Part shown: positions 26,111 to 38,667 of the stretch, piece after piece | Position numbering within the stretch: the stretch's first letter is position 1 | How the letters are laid out: each line of letters begins with the position of its first letter | Source of the DNA: Mobula hypostoma | Taxonomy: Eukaryota | Assembly (NCBI RefSeq): GCF_963921235.1 | Contig: NC_086097.1 | Span: forward strand, 202,928,001 to 202,992,000 | Reading direction: 5' to 3' | DNA: 64,000 nucleotides | Notes under the pieces: generated by a model | Told to the model about the DNA's origin: nothing | The model's input: the letters and a program-made list of their open reading frames with translations, nothing else | Database searches by the model: none | Position numbers and translations under genes: made by a program

Positions 26111-29100
26111 AATAAGTTCCTTCAACCACTACCCTATCTTCTATAGGCAACACAGTGCACATTTTTTTTATATAATGATAAACCTGTCACAGAAAAGTAC
26201 AACTCAGAAAATGGCCATTCGGCCCATTTAAACTGCCTACTAATCTAATTAACACAATTCCTTAAATTTTGTTTTTGATACGCTAGTAGATTTTAAAATG
26301 GGCATTCGCACATAGATTATTGTTTGCAATGAAAGCAAAGACTCTAAAGTGACTGGACCATGGAAGAAGTTGGAATGCAGAGTTCATCATGCAGTATCAT
26401 CATATCTCCAGCTCTGTCTGCAAGATACTTTCTTCAGTGACCCAGTCACTTTACCACAGCGTAAGTACTTTTAATTATTAGACATGATAAATTAATTACA
26501 GAAAGGAGCTAGAGTATGAAGTGATTACTGAAATAGGTGCAAACATAATTGTCAGTGCAATACCAGGAGTGCTAATACAAATTAGATTAGATTATGAGGA
26601 CATGCAGTCCTCTTTTATTGTCATTTAGTAATGCATGCATAATGATTAGTATTGCTGAATGGATAAGCCTCAGTCCTATTTTTTATGAAAGTAGTAATGT
26701 AACTTGAAAATGTTGCATAGTTCTGAAATTTTCTAAACTTTCCTTATCTACAGTATGATACCTCAATTGTGCAATCATCATTAACGTGAAATTATAATTG
26801 TGAATGGGAATGTCAAATATAAGTATGTGCGTTATTAATCTTTCAAGGAAAATATTATAACGATGTAAATAACATCTGTAAGCTGATTAGCTGACTAAAG
26901 AAAAATTCAAGTGCATCCATGCTAACAATAGTTACAGCTCTGCTGGGACTAAAAATTTTTTTTAAATTCTTAATTTACAGAATCATCCTTTCCCACTGAT
27001 CTCCCTCCTGGCACTTATCTCTACAAGCAGAACAAGTGTTACACCTGTCATAGAAAAGTATAACACAGAAGGAGGCCATTCTAGTCCATGCCAAACTGTT
27101 TAAACAATCTAGGCCCAATGACCTCAACCCAGACCATAGCCCTCCATACCCCTGCCATCCATAAAACCTATTCAAGCTACTCTTAAACGTTGAAGTCAGG
27201 CTCGCATGCACCACTTGCAGTAGCAGCTCATTCCACACACTAATGACCCTCTGATTGAAGAAGTTGCCCTCATGTTCCCCTTAAATATCTCGCCTTTCCC
27301 CCTTAACCCATGACCTCCAGTTGTAGTTTCACCCAACCTCAGTGGAAAAAGCTCTATCAGATCTCCCCTCAGTCTTCTACGTTTCAATAAATAAAGTCTG
27401 AACCTATTCAATCTTTCCTTATAACCCGGGTAGTCCAGTCCTGGGTAACATCCACATATATTTTCTTTGTACTCTTTCAATCTTATTTACATCTTTCCTG
27501 TAGGTAGCTGACCAAAACTACATATAACACTCCAAATTAGACCTCACCAATATCTTCAACATAACGTCACATCTCCTGCACTAAGTACTTTGATTTATGA
27601 AAGCCAATGTGCCCAAAGCTTTCTTTATGGCCCTATCTACCAGTGCTGCCACCTTCAATGAATTTTGGACCTGTATTCCCAGAATTCTTTGTTCTACCAC
27701 ACTCCTTAGGGCCTTACCTACCCTGGTAGGTCCTCTTGAAGTGCAACACTTCACACATGTCTGTATGAAATTCCAGCTGCTATCTTTCAGCTGGTCCAGA
27801 TCCCACGACAAATTCTGATGGTCTTCGTCACTGTCCACTACACCCCCAATCTTGGCGTCATCTGTAAAATTGCCAATCCAGTTAACCACATTATCATCCA
27901 GATCATTAGTAACACAAACAACAAAGGATCCAGCACCGATCCCTGCGGCACTCCACTAGTCACAGGCCTCCAGTCAGAGAGGCAACCATTTACTACCACT
28001 CTTTGTCTTCTCCCACAAAGCCAATGTCTAATCCAATTTACTACCTCAGCTTGAATGCCAAGCAACTGAACCTTCCTGACCAACCTCCCATGTGGGACAT
28101 GGTCAAATGCCTTGCCAAAGTCCATGTAGGCAACATCCACTGCTTATTTTTGCTTTCCCACTGCTCATGTCAGGCTCACTGGTCTATAATTTCCTGCTTT
28201 ATTTTTAGAGCCTTTCTTAACCAGCAGAACAATATTATTCAATCCTCTGGTACCTCGCATATCACTGAGGATGATTTAAGTATCACTGTTAGGGCCCCTG
28301 CAACTTCTGCACTGGCCTCCCACAGGGTCCTAGAGAAGACCTTGTCAGGTATTATTTATCCAACTAATTTGTCTCAAGATCTATATAGGTTCTATGACCT
28401 CACTGCTGCTTTGCCTCACTTCTAAACACTCTGTATCTATCTCCCAAATAAATACACATGGAAAAAATCCAATTAAGATCTGCCCCATCTCTTTTGGCTC
28501 CATGCATAGATTACCTTTCTGATCTTCTAAAGGACCAAATCTGTCCCTTGCAATCCTTTTGCTCTTAACGTCTCTGTAGAATCCCTTTGGATTCTTGTTC
28601 ATCATTTTTCTGAGGGCAACCACATGCCTTAATTTAACCCTCCTGATTTCTTAAGCATTACCTTGTTTTTCTTTAACTCCAGAAGTACCTCATTTGTTCC
28701 TACCTACCTATAATTGCTATACACCTATTTTTTTCTTAACCAAGGCTACAATATCCCTTGAAAAACTAAGGTTCTCTAAACCTGTTATCTTTACTTTTTA
28801 TTCTGACAGGCACAGACAAGCTTTGTACTCTCAAAATTTTACTTCTGAAGGCCTCCCACTTACCAGGTACTCCTTTGCCAGAAGACAGCCTGTCCCAATA
28901 CAGCTCCTTTCTGATAACATTAAAATTGGCTTTTCTCCAATTTAGAATCTCAACCTATGGACCAGGCCTAGCTTTTTCCACATTTACTTTAAAACTAGTG
29001 GCATTATGATCACTAGATGCAAAGTGTTCCCCTACACAAAATTGTCACCTATCCTGTCTTATTCGTGTCTCATTGGATTGTGACAACAGAGTGGCGTGGG

Positions 29101-29495
29101 AGCTGAATTCTGGAGGAAGGCAGTTTTTTAAAAAACTTCTTCAAGTGCAAGAAGGACGATACTGCACGGGCGCGTGATGTAACAGTACAGCGCGGAGAGT
29201 TTAAAAAGGAGACCACCCTATACAGCGGGTATTTGTCGGAGCGGGCAGCGGAGTGAGTGGTAGCAGAGTGTAGGGCTTTGGCTTCAACGGGCTTTGGCGG
29301 TAAACGGGAAGAGGCGAGAGCGAGGCACCAACTCTTTTTTCTTCTCCCCTTGGCAAATCAGCCCGGAGAGACAGGAACAGCAGGGCTCACACAGCTAATG
29401 GTACGAGCTAACAGTCTAAAAAGTTCATCTGTTTGGCGAGGTAAGTGGGTGAGTAGACTTATTTTTCCTGTTTCATTCCTGTAGAACTAGATAGC

Positions 29496-30440
29496 ATGCC
29501 TGCAGGGTTAGTGCTTTGTTCAGGGTGTCAGATGTGGGAATCCTGGGAGACCTCCAGCCTTCCTGATGGCCACATCTGCGCCAGGTGCACCAAGATGCAG
29601 CTCCTCAGAGACCGTGTTAGGGATCTGGAGCTGCAGCTTGATGACCTACTGCTTATCAGGGAAAGTGAAGAGGTGATAGACAGGAGCAACAGGGAGGTAG
29701 TCATCCCTAGGCTACAGGGGTCAGAAAATTGGGTGACTGTCAGGAGAGGGAAGGAAAATGCCCCGACAGTGGAGAGGGAAGGAAAATGCCTGGATAGTGT
29801 CCCCCTCAGCAACAAATATCTTGTTCTGGATGCTGTTGAGGGGGATGACCTGACAGGGGATGCCCACGGTGACCGGGTCTCTGGCACTGAGCCTGGCGCT
29901 GTTGTGCAGGAGGGAAGGAGGGAGAAGAGGAATGTGGTAGTCATAGGGGATTCCATAGTCGGGGGAACAGACAGGAGATTCTTTGAGCCTGATAGAGATA
30001 CATGCATGGTGTGTTGCCTCCCAGGTGCCAGGGTACGGGATGTCTCAGATCAGGTCCAGAATATTCTGAAGGGAGAGGGCGAGCAGCCAGTTGTCTTGGT
30101 ACATGTTGGTACCAAAGACATAGATAGGATAAGGGAGGAGGTCCTGAAGAGAGATTTCCGGGAGTTAGGAAGGAAGCTGAGAAGCAGGACATCCAGGGTA
30201 GTAATCTCGGGATTGCTACCTGTGCCACGTGCTAGCGAGGGCAAGAATAGTAGGATCAGGCAGATGAATGCGTGGCTGAGAGACTGTTGCAGGGGCAGGA
30301 CTTCAGATTCTTGGATCATTGGGATTTCTTCTGGGGGAAGTATGGCCTGTTCAAAATGGACAGGTTACACCTGAACCTGAAGGGGACCAATATTCTGGCG
30401 GGAAGGTTTAAAAGAGCTGTTAGGGAGGGTTTAAACTAAT
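29496..30440 (+). pseudogene. CR1 ORF1p (zinc finger/coiled coil + SGNH esterase), frameshifted near 30295
   Basis: CSGC...CARC, VVIGDSIV, CCLPGARV, VHVGT; the C-terminus continues in another frame. Confidence 0.85.
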
Positions 30441-30599
30441 TTGGCAGGGGGATGGGAACCAGAATGATAGAGCGGAGGAAGGAAAAAACAGAAATAAATC
30501 TAAGATAGTGAGCAATAAAGATGTCAGGAAAGACAGGCAGGTGATGGGGCAAAATTGTAGCTATTGGGATGGGTTGCAGTGAAATCAAAGCGAAAAGCA

Positions 30600-33334
30600 C
30601 CAAATACTGGTCTTAAGGTGTTATACTTAAATCCACGCAGCATAAGGAAATAAGGTGGATGATCTTGTCGTACAGCTACAGATTGGCAGGTATGATTGGC
30701 AGCTATCACTGAAACTTGGCTAAAGGATGCATGTCTCTGGGAGCTGAATGTCCAAGGATACACGGTGTATTGGAAGGATAGGAAGGTAGGCAGATGGGGA
30801 GGTGTGGCTTTATTGGTAAGAAATGACATTAAATCATTAGAAAGAGGTGACATAGGATCGGAAGGTGCAGAATCTTTATAGGTTGAGCTAAGAAATCGCA
30901 GTTGTATACAGGTCTCCAAACAGCTGCAGTGATGTGGACTACAAATTACAACAGGAAGTAGAAAAGGCTTGTCAGAAGGGCAGTGTTATGATAATTGTGG
31001 GGGATTTTAACATGCAAGTGGATTGGGAAAATCAGGTCGGCACTGGATCTCAAGAGAGAGAATTTGTAGAATGTCTGCGAGATGGCTTTTTAGAACAGCT
31101 TGTTGTTGAGCCCACTAGGGGATTGGTTGTACTGGATTGGGTATTGTGTAATGAACCAGAGGTGATTAGAGAGATTGAGGTGAGGGAACCCTTAGGAGGC
31201 AGTGATCATAACATGATTGAGTTCACTGTGAAATTTGAAAAAGAGAAGCCGAAATCTGATGTGTCGGTATTTCAGTGGAGTAACGGAAATTATAGTGGCA
31301 TGAGAGAGGAACTGGCCAAAGTTGACTGGAAAGGGACACTGGCGGGAAGGACGGCAGAGCAGCAGTGGCTGGAATTTATGCGAAAAGTGAGGAAGGTGCA
31401 AGACAGGTATATTCCAAAAAAGAAGAAATTTTCGAATGGAAAAAGGATGCAACCGTGGCTGACAAGAGAAGTCAAAGCCAAAGTTAAAGCAAAGGAGAGG
31501 GCATACAAGGAAGCAAAAATTAGTGGGAAGACAGAGGATTGGGAAGTTTTTAAAAGCTTACAAAAGGAAGCTAAGAAGGTCATTAAGAGGGAAAAGATGA
31601 ACTATGAAAGGAAGATAGCAAATAATATCAAAGAGGATACTAAAAGCTTTTTCAAGTGTATAAAGAGTAAAAGACAGGTGAGAGTAGATATAGGACCGAT
31701 AGAAAATGATGCTGGAGAAATTGTAACGGGAGATAAGGAGATGGTGGAGGAACTGAATGAGTATTTTGCATCAGTCTTCACTGAGGAAGAGATCAGCAGT
31801 ATACCGGACACTCAAGGGGGGCAGGGGAAAGAAGTGTGCGCAGTCACAATTATGACAGAGAAAGTACTCAGGAAGCTGAATAGTCTGAAGGTAGATAAAT
31901 CTCCCGGACCAGATGGAATGCACCCTCATGTTCTGAAGGAAGTAGCTGTGTGGATTGCGGAGGCATTAGCGATGATCTTTCAAAAGTCGATAGATTCTGG
32001 CATGGTTCCGGAGGACCGGAAGATTGCAAATGTCACTCCGCTATTTAAGAAGGGGGCAAGGAAGCAAAAAGGAAATTATAGGCCTGTTAGCTTGACATCG
32101 GTGGTTGGGAAGTTGTTGAAGTCCATTGTCAAGGATGAGGTTACAGAGTATCTGGAGGCATATGACAAGATAGGCAGAACTCAGCATGGATTCCTTAAAG
32201 GAAAATCCTGTCTGACAAACCTATTACAATTTTTTGAGGAAATTACCAGTAGGCTAGACAAGGGAGATGCAGTGGATGTTGTATATTTGGATTTTCAGAA
32301 GGCCTTTGACAGGGTGTCACACATAAGGCTACTTAACAAGATAAGAGCCCATGGAATTACGGGAAAGTTATATACGTGGATAGGGCATTGGCTGATTGGC
32401 AGGAAACAGAGATTGGGAATAAAGGGATCCTATTCTGGTTGGCTGCCGGTTACCAGTGGTGTTCCACAGGGGTCTGTGTTGGGGCCGCTTCTTTTTACAT
32501 TGTACATCAACAATTTGGATTATGGAATAGATGGCTTTGTGGCCAAGTTTGCTGATGATACGAAGATAGGTGGAGGGGCTGGTAGTGCTGAGGAAACAGA
32601 GAGTCTGCAGAGAGACTTGGATAGGTTGGGAGAATGGGCAGAGAAGTGGCAAATGAAATACAATGTTGGGAAGTGTATGGTTATGCACTTTGGCAGAAGA
32701 AATAAATGGGCAGACTATTATTTAAATGGGGAGAGAATTCAAAGTTCTGAGATGCAATGGTACTTGGGGGTCCTCGTACAGGATACCCTTAAGGTTAACC
32801 TCCAGGTTGAGTCGGTGGTGAAGAAGGCGAATGCAATGTTGTCATTCATTTCAGGAGGAATAGAGTATAGGAGCAGGGATGTGATGTTGAGGCTCTATAA
32901 GGCACTGGTGAGACCTCACTTGGAGTACTGTGGGCAGTTTTGGTCTCCTTATTTAAGAAAGGATGTGCTGAAATTGGAGAGGGTATAGAGAAGATTCACT
33001 AGAATGATTCCGGGAATGAGAGGGTTAACATATGAGGAACATTTGTCCGCTCTTGGACTGTATTCCTTGGAGTTGAGAAGAATGAATGGAGACCTCATAG
33101 AAACATTTCGAATGTTGAAAGGCATGGACAGAGTGGATGTGGCAAAGTTGTGTCCCATGATGGGGGAGTCTAGTACGAGAGGGCATGACTTAAGGATTGA
33201 AGGGCGCCCGTTCACAACAGAGATGCGAAGAAATTTTTTTAGCCGGAGTGTGGTGAACCTATAGGATTTGTTGCCACAGGCGGCAGTGGAGGCCAAGTCA
33301 TTGGGTGTATTTAAGGCAGAGATTGATAGGTAAC
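30600..33334 (+). pseudogene. CR1 ORF2p (APE endonuclease + RT), disrupted; 684-aa open segment 30934-32988
   Basis: [30 protein letters not shown]; stops and frameshifts in EN and a premature TAG at 32986-32988. Confidence 0.9.
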
Positions 33335-34500
33335 TGAGTAGCCAGGGCATCAAAGGTTATGGTGAGAAGGCGGGGGAGTGGGACTAAATGGGAGAATGGA
33401 TCAGCTCATGATAAAATGGCGGAGCAGACTCGATGGGCTGAATGGCCAACTTCTGCTCCGTTGTCTTATGGTCTTATGGTCTCATTCCCTAATAGCAGAC
33501 CAAGTATCGCACACTCTGTCATTAGGACTTCTAATTACTGATTAAGGGAACTTTCCCGACCACTTTTGACAAGCACTATGCTATCTAGTTCTTTTATAGA
33601 ATGGGAGTTCCAGTCAATATGTGGGAAGTTAAAATCACCTACTATAATAAACTTAAGTTTCTGGGAACAGTCTCCAATTTCTCTACAGATTTGGTCCTCT
33701 AGGTCCTGCAAACTGTTGGGTGGTCCATAATATAGTCCCATTGATGTGGTCATATATTTCTTAATCCTCATTTCCACTCACAAAGCCTCACTAGATGAGT
33801 TCTCCAGTCTGTCCTGACTGAGCATTGCTGTGACATTTTTCCTGTTTTTCCTGATCCCTTTAATCCCTTCCGCTCTGACGTGTCTAAAACAACAGAACCC
33901 CAGAATATTGAGCTGCCAGTCCTGCCCCTCCTGAAACCAAGTCTGATTAATGGCTGTAATATCATAATTCCATGTGTTGACAAGCCCTGAGCTCATTTGC
34001 CTTTCCTACAATACCTGTTGCATTAAAATATACACACCTCAGAATATGAGTCGCTCCATTCTTAACCTTTTGATTCCTGACTTTGAGATCTTAACAACAT
34101 CTGTCTCCACTATCTGTTCTGGCACTCTGGTTCCCATTCGCCTGCAACTCTGATTTAACCACATCGTCCCCCACCCACTCCCCGTGTAGCACTAGCAAAC
34201 CTTCCAACCAGAATATTAACCTTCCTCCAGTTCAGATGCAAACCATTTCTTCTGTACAGTTCCCACCTTCCATAAAAGAGAGCACAATGATTCAAAAGCC
34301 TGTGTTTCTCCCCCATCCCCCCACACGCCAACACCTTAGCCACGTGTTAAACTGTATGATCTTCCTAGTTCTGGCCTCTCTAGCTTGTGGCATGGTTAGC
34401 AAGCCTGAGCTCTCAACCCTGGAGGTCCTGTCTTTTAACTTACCACCTAACTTCCTGAACTCTCTTTGTAGAAGCAGAACCTCATCACTGTAACTACCTA

Positions 34501-35181
34501 GACCATAAGACATAGGAGCAGAATTAGGCCATTTGGCCCATCAAGTCTGCTCCACCATTTCATCATGGCTGATTCAATTTTCCTCACAGCCCCAATTTCC
34601 TACTTTCTCCCCGTATCCCTTCATGCACTGACCAATCAAGAATCTATCATAAAGGCATCCGTTAGTCTTGAGGGACCATGGATCTGCGCCTGGAAAGTCT
34701 TCACTCTCCAGGGCGCAGGCCTGGGCAAGGTTGTATGGAAGACCAGCAGTTGCCCATGCTGCAAGTCTCCCCTCTCCACGACACCAATGTTGTCCAAGGG
34801 AAGGGTATTAGGACCCATACAGCTTAGCACCAGTGTTGTCGCAGAGCAATGTGTGATTAAGTGCCTTGCTCAAGGACACGACACCTTGCCTCAGCTGGGG
34901 CTCAAACTCACGACCTTCAGGTCGCTAGTCCAATGCCTTAACTACTTGGCCACGTGCCCACAAGAATCTGTCAACCTCTGCCTTAAATATACATGTAGAC
35001 TTGGCCTCCACAGCTACCCATGGCAACGAATTCCACAGATTCACCACTCTCTGGCTAAAGAATTTCCTCCTCAATTCTATTGTAAGAGGACGGCCCTCTA
35101 TTCCTAGGCTATGTTCTCTGGTCTTGAACTTTCCCACCATAGAAAACATCCTCTCCACATTCACTCTATCAAGGCCTTTCA
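34501..35181 (-). mobile_element. CR1 3' fragment nested in the old CR1 ORF1
   Basis: ORF 34925-35182 FFSQRVVNLWNSLP; accataagacatagg tail. Confidence 0.8.
34650..34960 (-). mobile_element. tRNA-derived SINE, second copy of 21467-21778
   Basis: Reverse-complement match over full length; TSD caagaatct(a/g)tca at 34637-34649 and 34961-34973. Confidence 0.88.
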
Positions 35182-36774
35182 CTTATGTCCTTGGTACCTG
35201 CATAGGCCACGACCTCTGGTTGCTCACCCTCCCTCTTAAGAATGCTGAGGCCTCAGTCTGAGATTTCACGGGCAACGTGCCATCCAGAAATCTAGTTCTC
35301 ATCCACAGAAACCTTTTTCTGTTCTCCTAACTAAAAAAATCCCCTATTACCCAGCTTTCCTCTTCTTCCCCCTTCCCTTCTTAGTCAGAGAACCAGACTT
35401 AGCGCCAGAGACCTGAGCGCTGTGACTTTCCTCTGTTAGGTCATCCCCCTCAACAGTATCCAAAGTTGTATACCCGTCATTGAGGGGGATAACCACAGTA
35501 GCTATTTAACCCCTCTCCCCTTCCCGACTGTCCTCCAGTCTTCTGTGTCCTGTATCTTGGCTGTAATTACCTCTCTATATGTTCTATGTATCACCCACTC
35601 GGCCTCCCAAATGATCTGGAGTTCGGCTATTTCCATCTCCAACTCCTTAAAGTGGAGTATTAGATGCCATAGCTGGAGTCACTTCATGCAGGTGACGTGA
35701 CACCGGTGGTCTGTCTGTCTTCCCACATCATGTAAGAGCATTCAGCTACCCTCACCGGCATCCCTACCATTCTAGCTGTGCAAATATAAAGGAAAACAAT
35801 AAACTTGGGTGGGAATCTACTTCCAGCTTTTTCACCCTCTCCTCGCTGAAGTCTGGAAAAGCTAAAGCCTAAAAAAAAACACTTTAACAGTGCCCCTTCT
35901 CCTTTCCCCTCATCACAATTCAGGGCCCCAAACTTTCCTCAGAGGTGAGGGGACACTTCAGCTATGAGTCTGTTGGGATTGTCAATTGTATCCGGTCCTC
36001 CTGCTGTGACCTCCTCTACATCGGTGAGACTCAACATAGATTGGGGGACCACTTTGTTGTGTATTTAACATTTCAGTAATATTGTAAAGATGTTGTTTGA
36101 TTAAGCATTTTTTGTTGTTTACATAATTCATTACAGGTACTTGAATGTCATGCATCATCACACCACATCGTACGTGCACACCTCGCTTAAGGTAAAAACG
36201 AAACTAAGACATGCATTCCCGCTGTGTGTTTTTGCTTTCAATTTTATGCTCTGGATTTCCAAAACACTACAATGGCGATGAGTTTGTTTTAAATAAACCC
36301 AAGATGACTACCTACTTGATGAAACACTGCGAGACGTTTGAATAAAAAAAATACACACTGGAGCATGTGTCTCTTCGGAAGGGGCAAAGAGGAATGGCTG
36401 AGTTAAAAAAAAAGAAAGCAGAAAACTGACAACTTCATGGGTAATAATCATACATTTAAAAAAAAATGCAGAAATGCCTGGCTGCATCAGAAAGATAGAC
36501 ACACTGGATTGCACATGAGATAACTGAATATTGTATACTGAGCTAATTGTGCTGTAATTTGAAGCAAATAAAAGAGCCAATAAGAAGTGAGTAATACACA
36601 CAAAATGATGGAGGAACCCAACAGGCCAGGCAGCATCTCTGGAAAAGAGTAAATAGTCGATGTTTCGGGGTGAGACCCTTCTTCAGGGCTCCTGTTTGTG
36701 ATTAGATGAGAAGTGAGTGCCAGTTTTGCTAAGTGCAATGGATTTAAAGGCATACAGTATGCTTTGAACTTCGA

Positions 36775-36978
36775 AGTTGGGCAATCAATGAGAGTGAGTA
36801 CATAAAAAGAGCTCCCTTTCAATCAGGTCTGCGACCAAGATTTAAAAGGCAGAGTTTCGCAGCAGTTTCTCTGAGTTGGGTGATCAACGAGAGGGAACAT
36901 ATAAGAAGAGCTACCTTTCAATCAGTACCACAATCAAGATTTAAAAGGCAGAGCTTCACGGCAATTTCTCTAAGTTGG
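36775..36978 (+). repeat. ~2 x 99-bp tandem repeat at the CR1 5' end
   Basis: agttgg recurs at 36775, 36874 and 36973; shared ctttcaatcag and caagatttaaaaggcagag. Confidence 0.75.
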
Positions 36979-38667
36979 ACAGCGACAAATCAATATGAGA
37001 AATTCATTGAAAAGGTCCAATAAAAACAATGCAAGTGCAAGCGGAGTGGCCATTCTTTTGAGTGGGCTAATTTTAGAGTGGCTTTGGCTCATTAGGATTG
37101 GGCAAGGTAAGTTTCTCTCTTTCTGTTCTTACTTATCCATTCCTGGTCCGGTAATGCATAGTAAGAATAGCTCCGGGGTAGTGTCTTGTGCTGTGTGGGG
37201 ATGTGGGAATTCTGGGAGATCTCCAGTCTCCTGAATAAACATATCTGCACCAGGTGCACTGAGTTGCAACTCCTGAGAGAACATATTAAGGAACTGGAGC
37301 TGCAACTTAATGGCTTTCGACTCATATGGGAGAATGAGGAGGTGACAGACAGGAGCTATAAGGAGGTAGTCACTCCTAGGTTACAGGAGACAGGTAACTG
37401 TGTGACTGTCAGGAGGAGACAAAATGCACAGCCAGTGCAGACTACACCTGTGGCCAGTCCCTCAATAATAAGTATACAACTCTAAATAATATTGAGGGGA
37501 ACAACCTATGGGGGGGGGCGGGTGTTGGAGCCACAGTGACCAGGTCTCAGGGTCTCAGGCCGTGAGTCTGGTGCTGTGGCTCGGAAGAGCAGAGATGAGG
37601 TTCTGTAGGCATGATAGGATGGAGTGTTGCCTCCCTTGTACCAGGGTCAGGAATGTCTGGAATTGAGTCCACGGCATTCTCAAGGTTGAGCAGCCAGAAG
37701 TCTTGGGTATATTGGCACCAATTGGTAGTCAAGGTGAGAACGATAAGAATAGGAGGGTAAGAATTGGCAGGTGATTGCATGGCTGAGGAACTGGTGCAGG
37801 GGGCAGGGGCTCACCTTTATGGATCATCTCTTCTGGGGAATGTAAGACCTGTATAAAAGGTATGGTTTACATCTGAACCCGAGGAGGGTTCAATAATCTT
37901 ACGGTCAGGTTTGCTAGAGTTGTTTGGAAGGATTTAAACTAATTTGGTAGGGGGGATAGGAACCAGAGTGATAGTGGTGAAGATGACATAGTTGGTTAAA
38001 CGGAGGCAATGTGTAGCGAGACTCCTGGCAGGAAGAGGCTGTTGATAGGGCAAGATTGCAGTCAACAAGATGAGCTGCAATGTAAAAGGTGGACACTTAG
38101 AAAAGGGTGAATATAGGACTAAAGTGTTATAGTTGAATGTTTGCAGTGTATGGAATAGGGTTGATGAACTGTTAGCACAGTTGCAAATTAGCATGTACGA
38201 TGCTGTGGGCATCACTGAATCGTGGCTGAAAGGTTATAATTGGGAGCTTAATGTCTAAGGATATACGTTGTATTCAAAGGACAGGGAGGAAGGCAGAGGG
38301 GGTGGTGTGGCTCTGTTGGTAAAAAAAATTTAATTAAATCATTAGAAAGAGATAACATAGGGTTGGGAAGGTGTTGAATTGTTGTGGGTAGAACTAAGGA
38401 ACTGCAAGGGTATATTGACCCTGATAGGAATTGTATACAGACCCCCAAACCGTAGTAAGGATGTGGTCTACAAATTAAATGGGAAATAAAAAATCCATGC
38501 GACAAGGGCAATGTTACAATAGTCATGGGGGATTTCAATATCGAGGTAGATTGGGAAAATCAGGTTGGTGCTGGATCCCAAGAGGGGCAATTTCTAGAAT
38601 GTCTATGAGAAAGCTTTTTAGAGCAGCTTATGGTTGAGCCCAATAGTGGATCATCTATTCTGAGTTG

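Larger units (their letters stand above)
29065..33478 (+). mobile_element. Near-full-length, relatively young CR1 LINE
   Basis: GC-rich 5' UTR, ORF1, ORF2 and (tcttatgg)2 tail; flanking gtct(t/c)att duplication at ~29056-29074 and 33479-33487. Confidence 0.93.
27048..35890 (-). mobile_element. Old near-full-length CR1, split by nested insertions (27048-29064, 33479-34500, 35183-35890)
   Basis: RT ([22 protein letters not shown]), EN (IVGDFNFPHIDW, YDITAI) and ORF1 esterase (FRKLGGKLKDRTSRV) occur in the expected order on the minus strand. Confidence 0.8.

Noticed and set aside
30934..32988. 684-aa ORF as a host or domesticated gene
   Set aside because: It is an internal segment of CR1 ORF2 bounded by upstream lesions and a premature stop, inside a complete LINE
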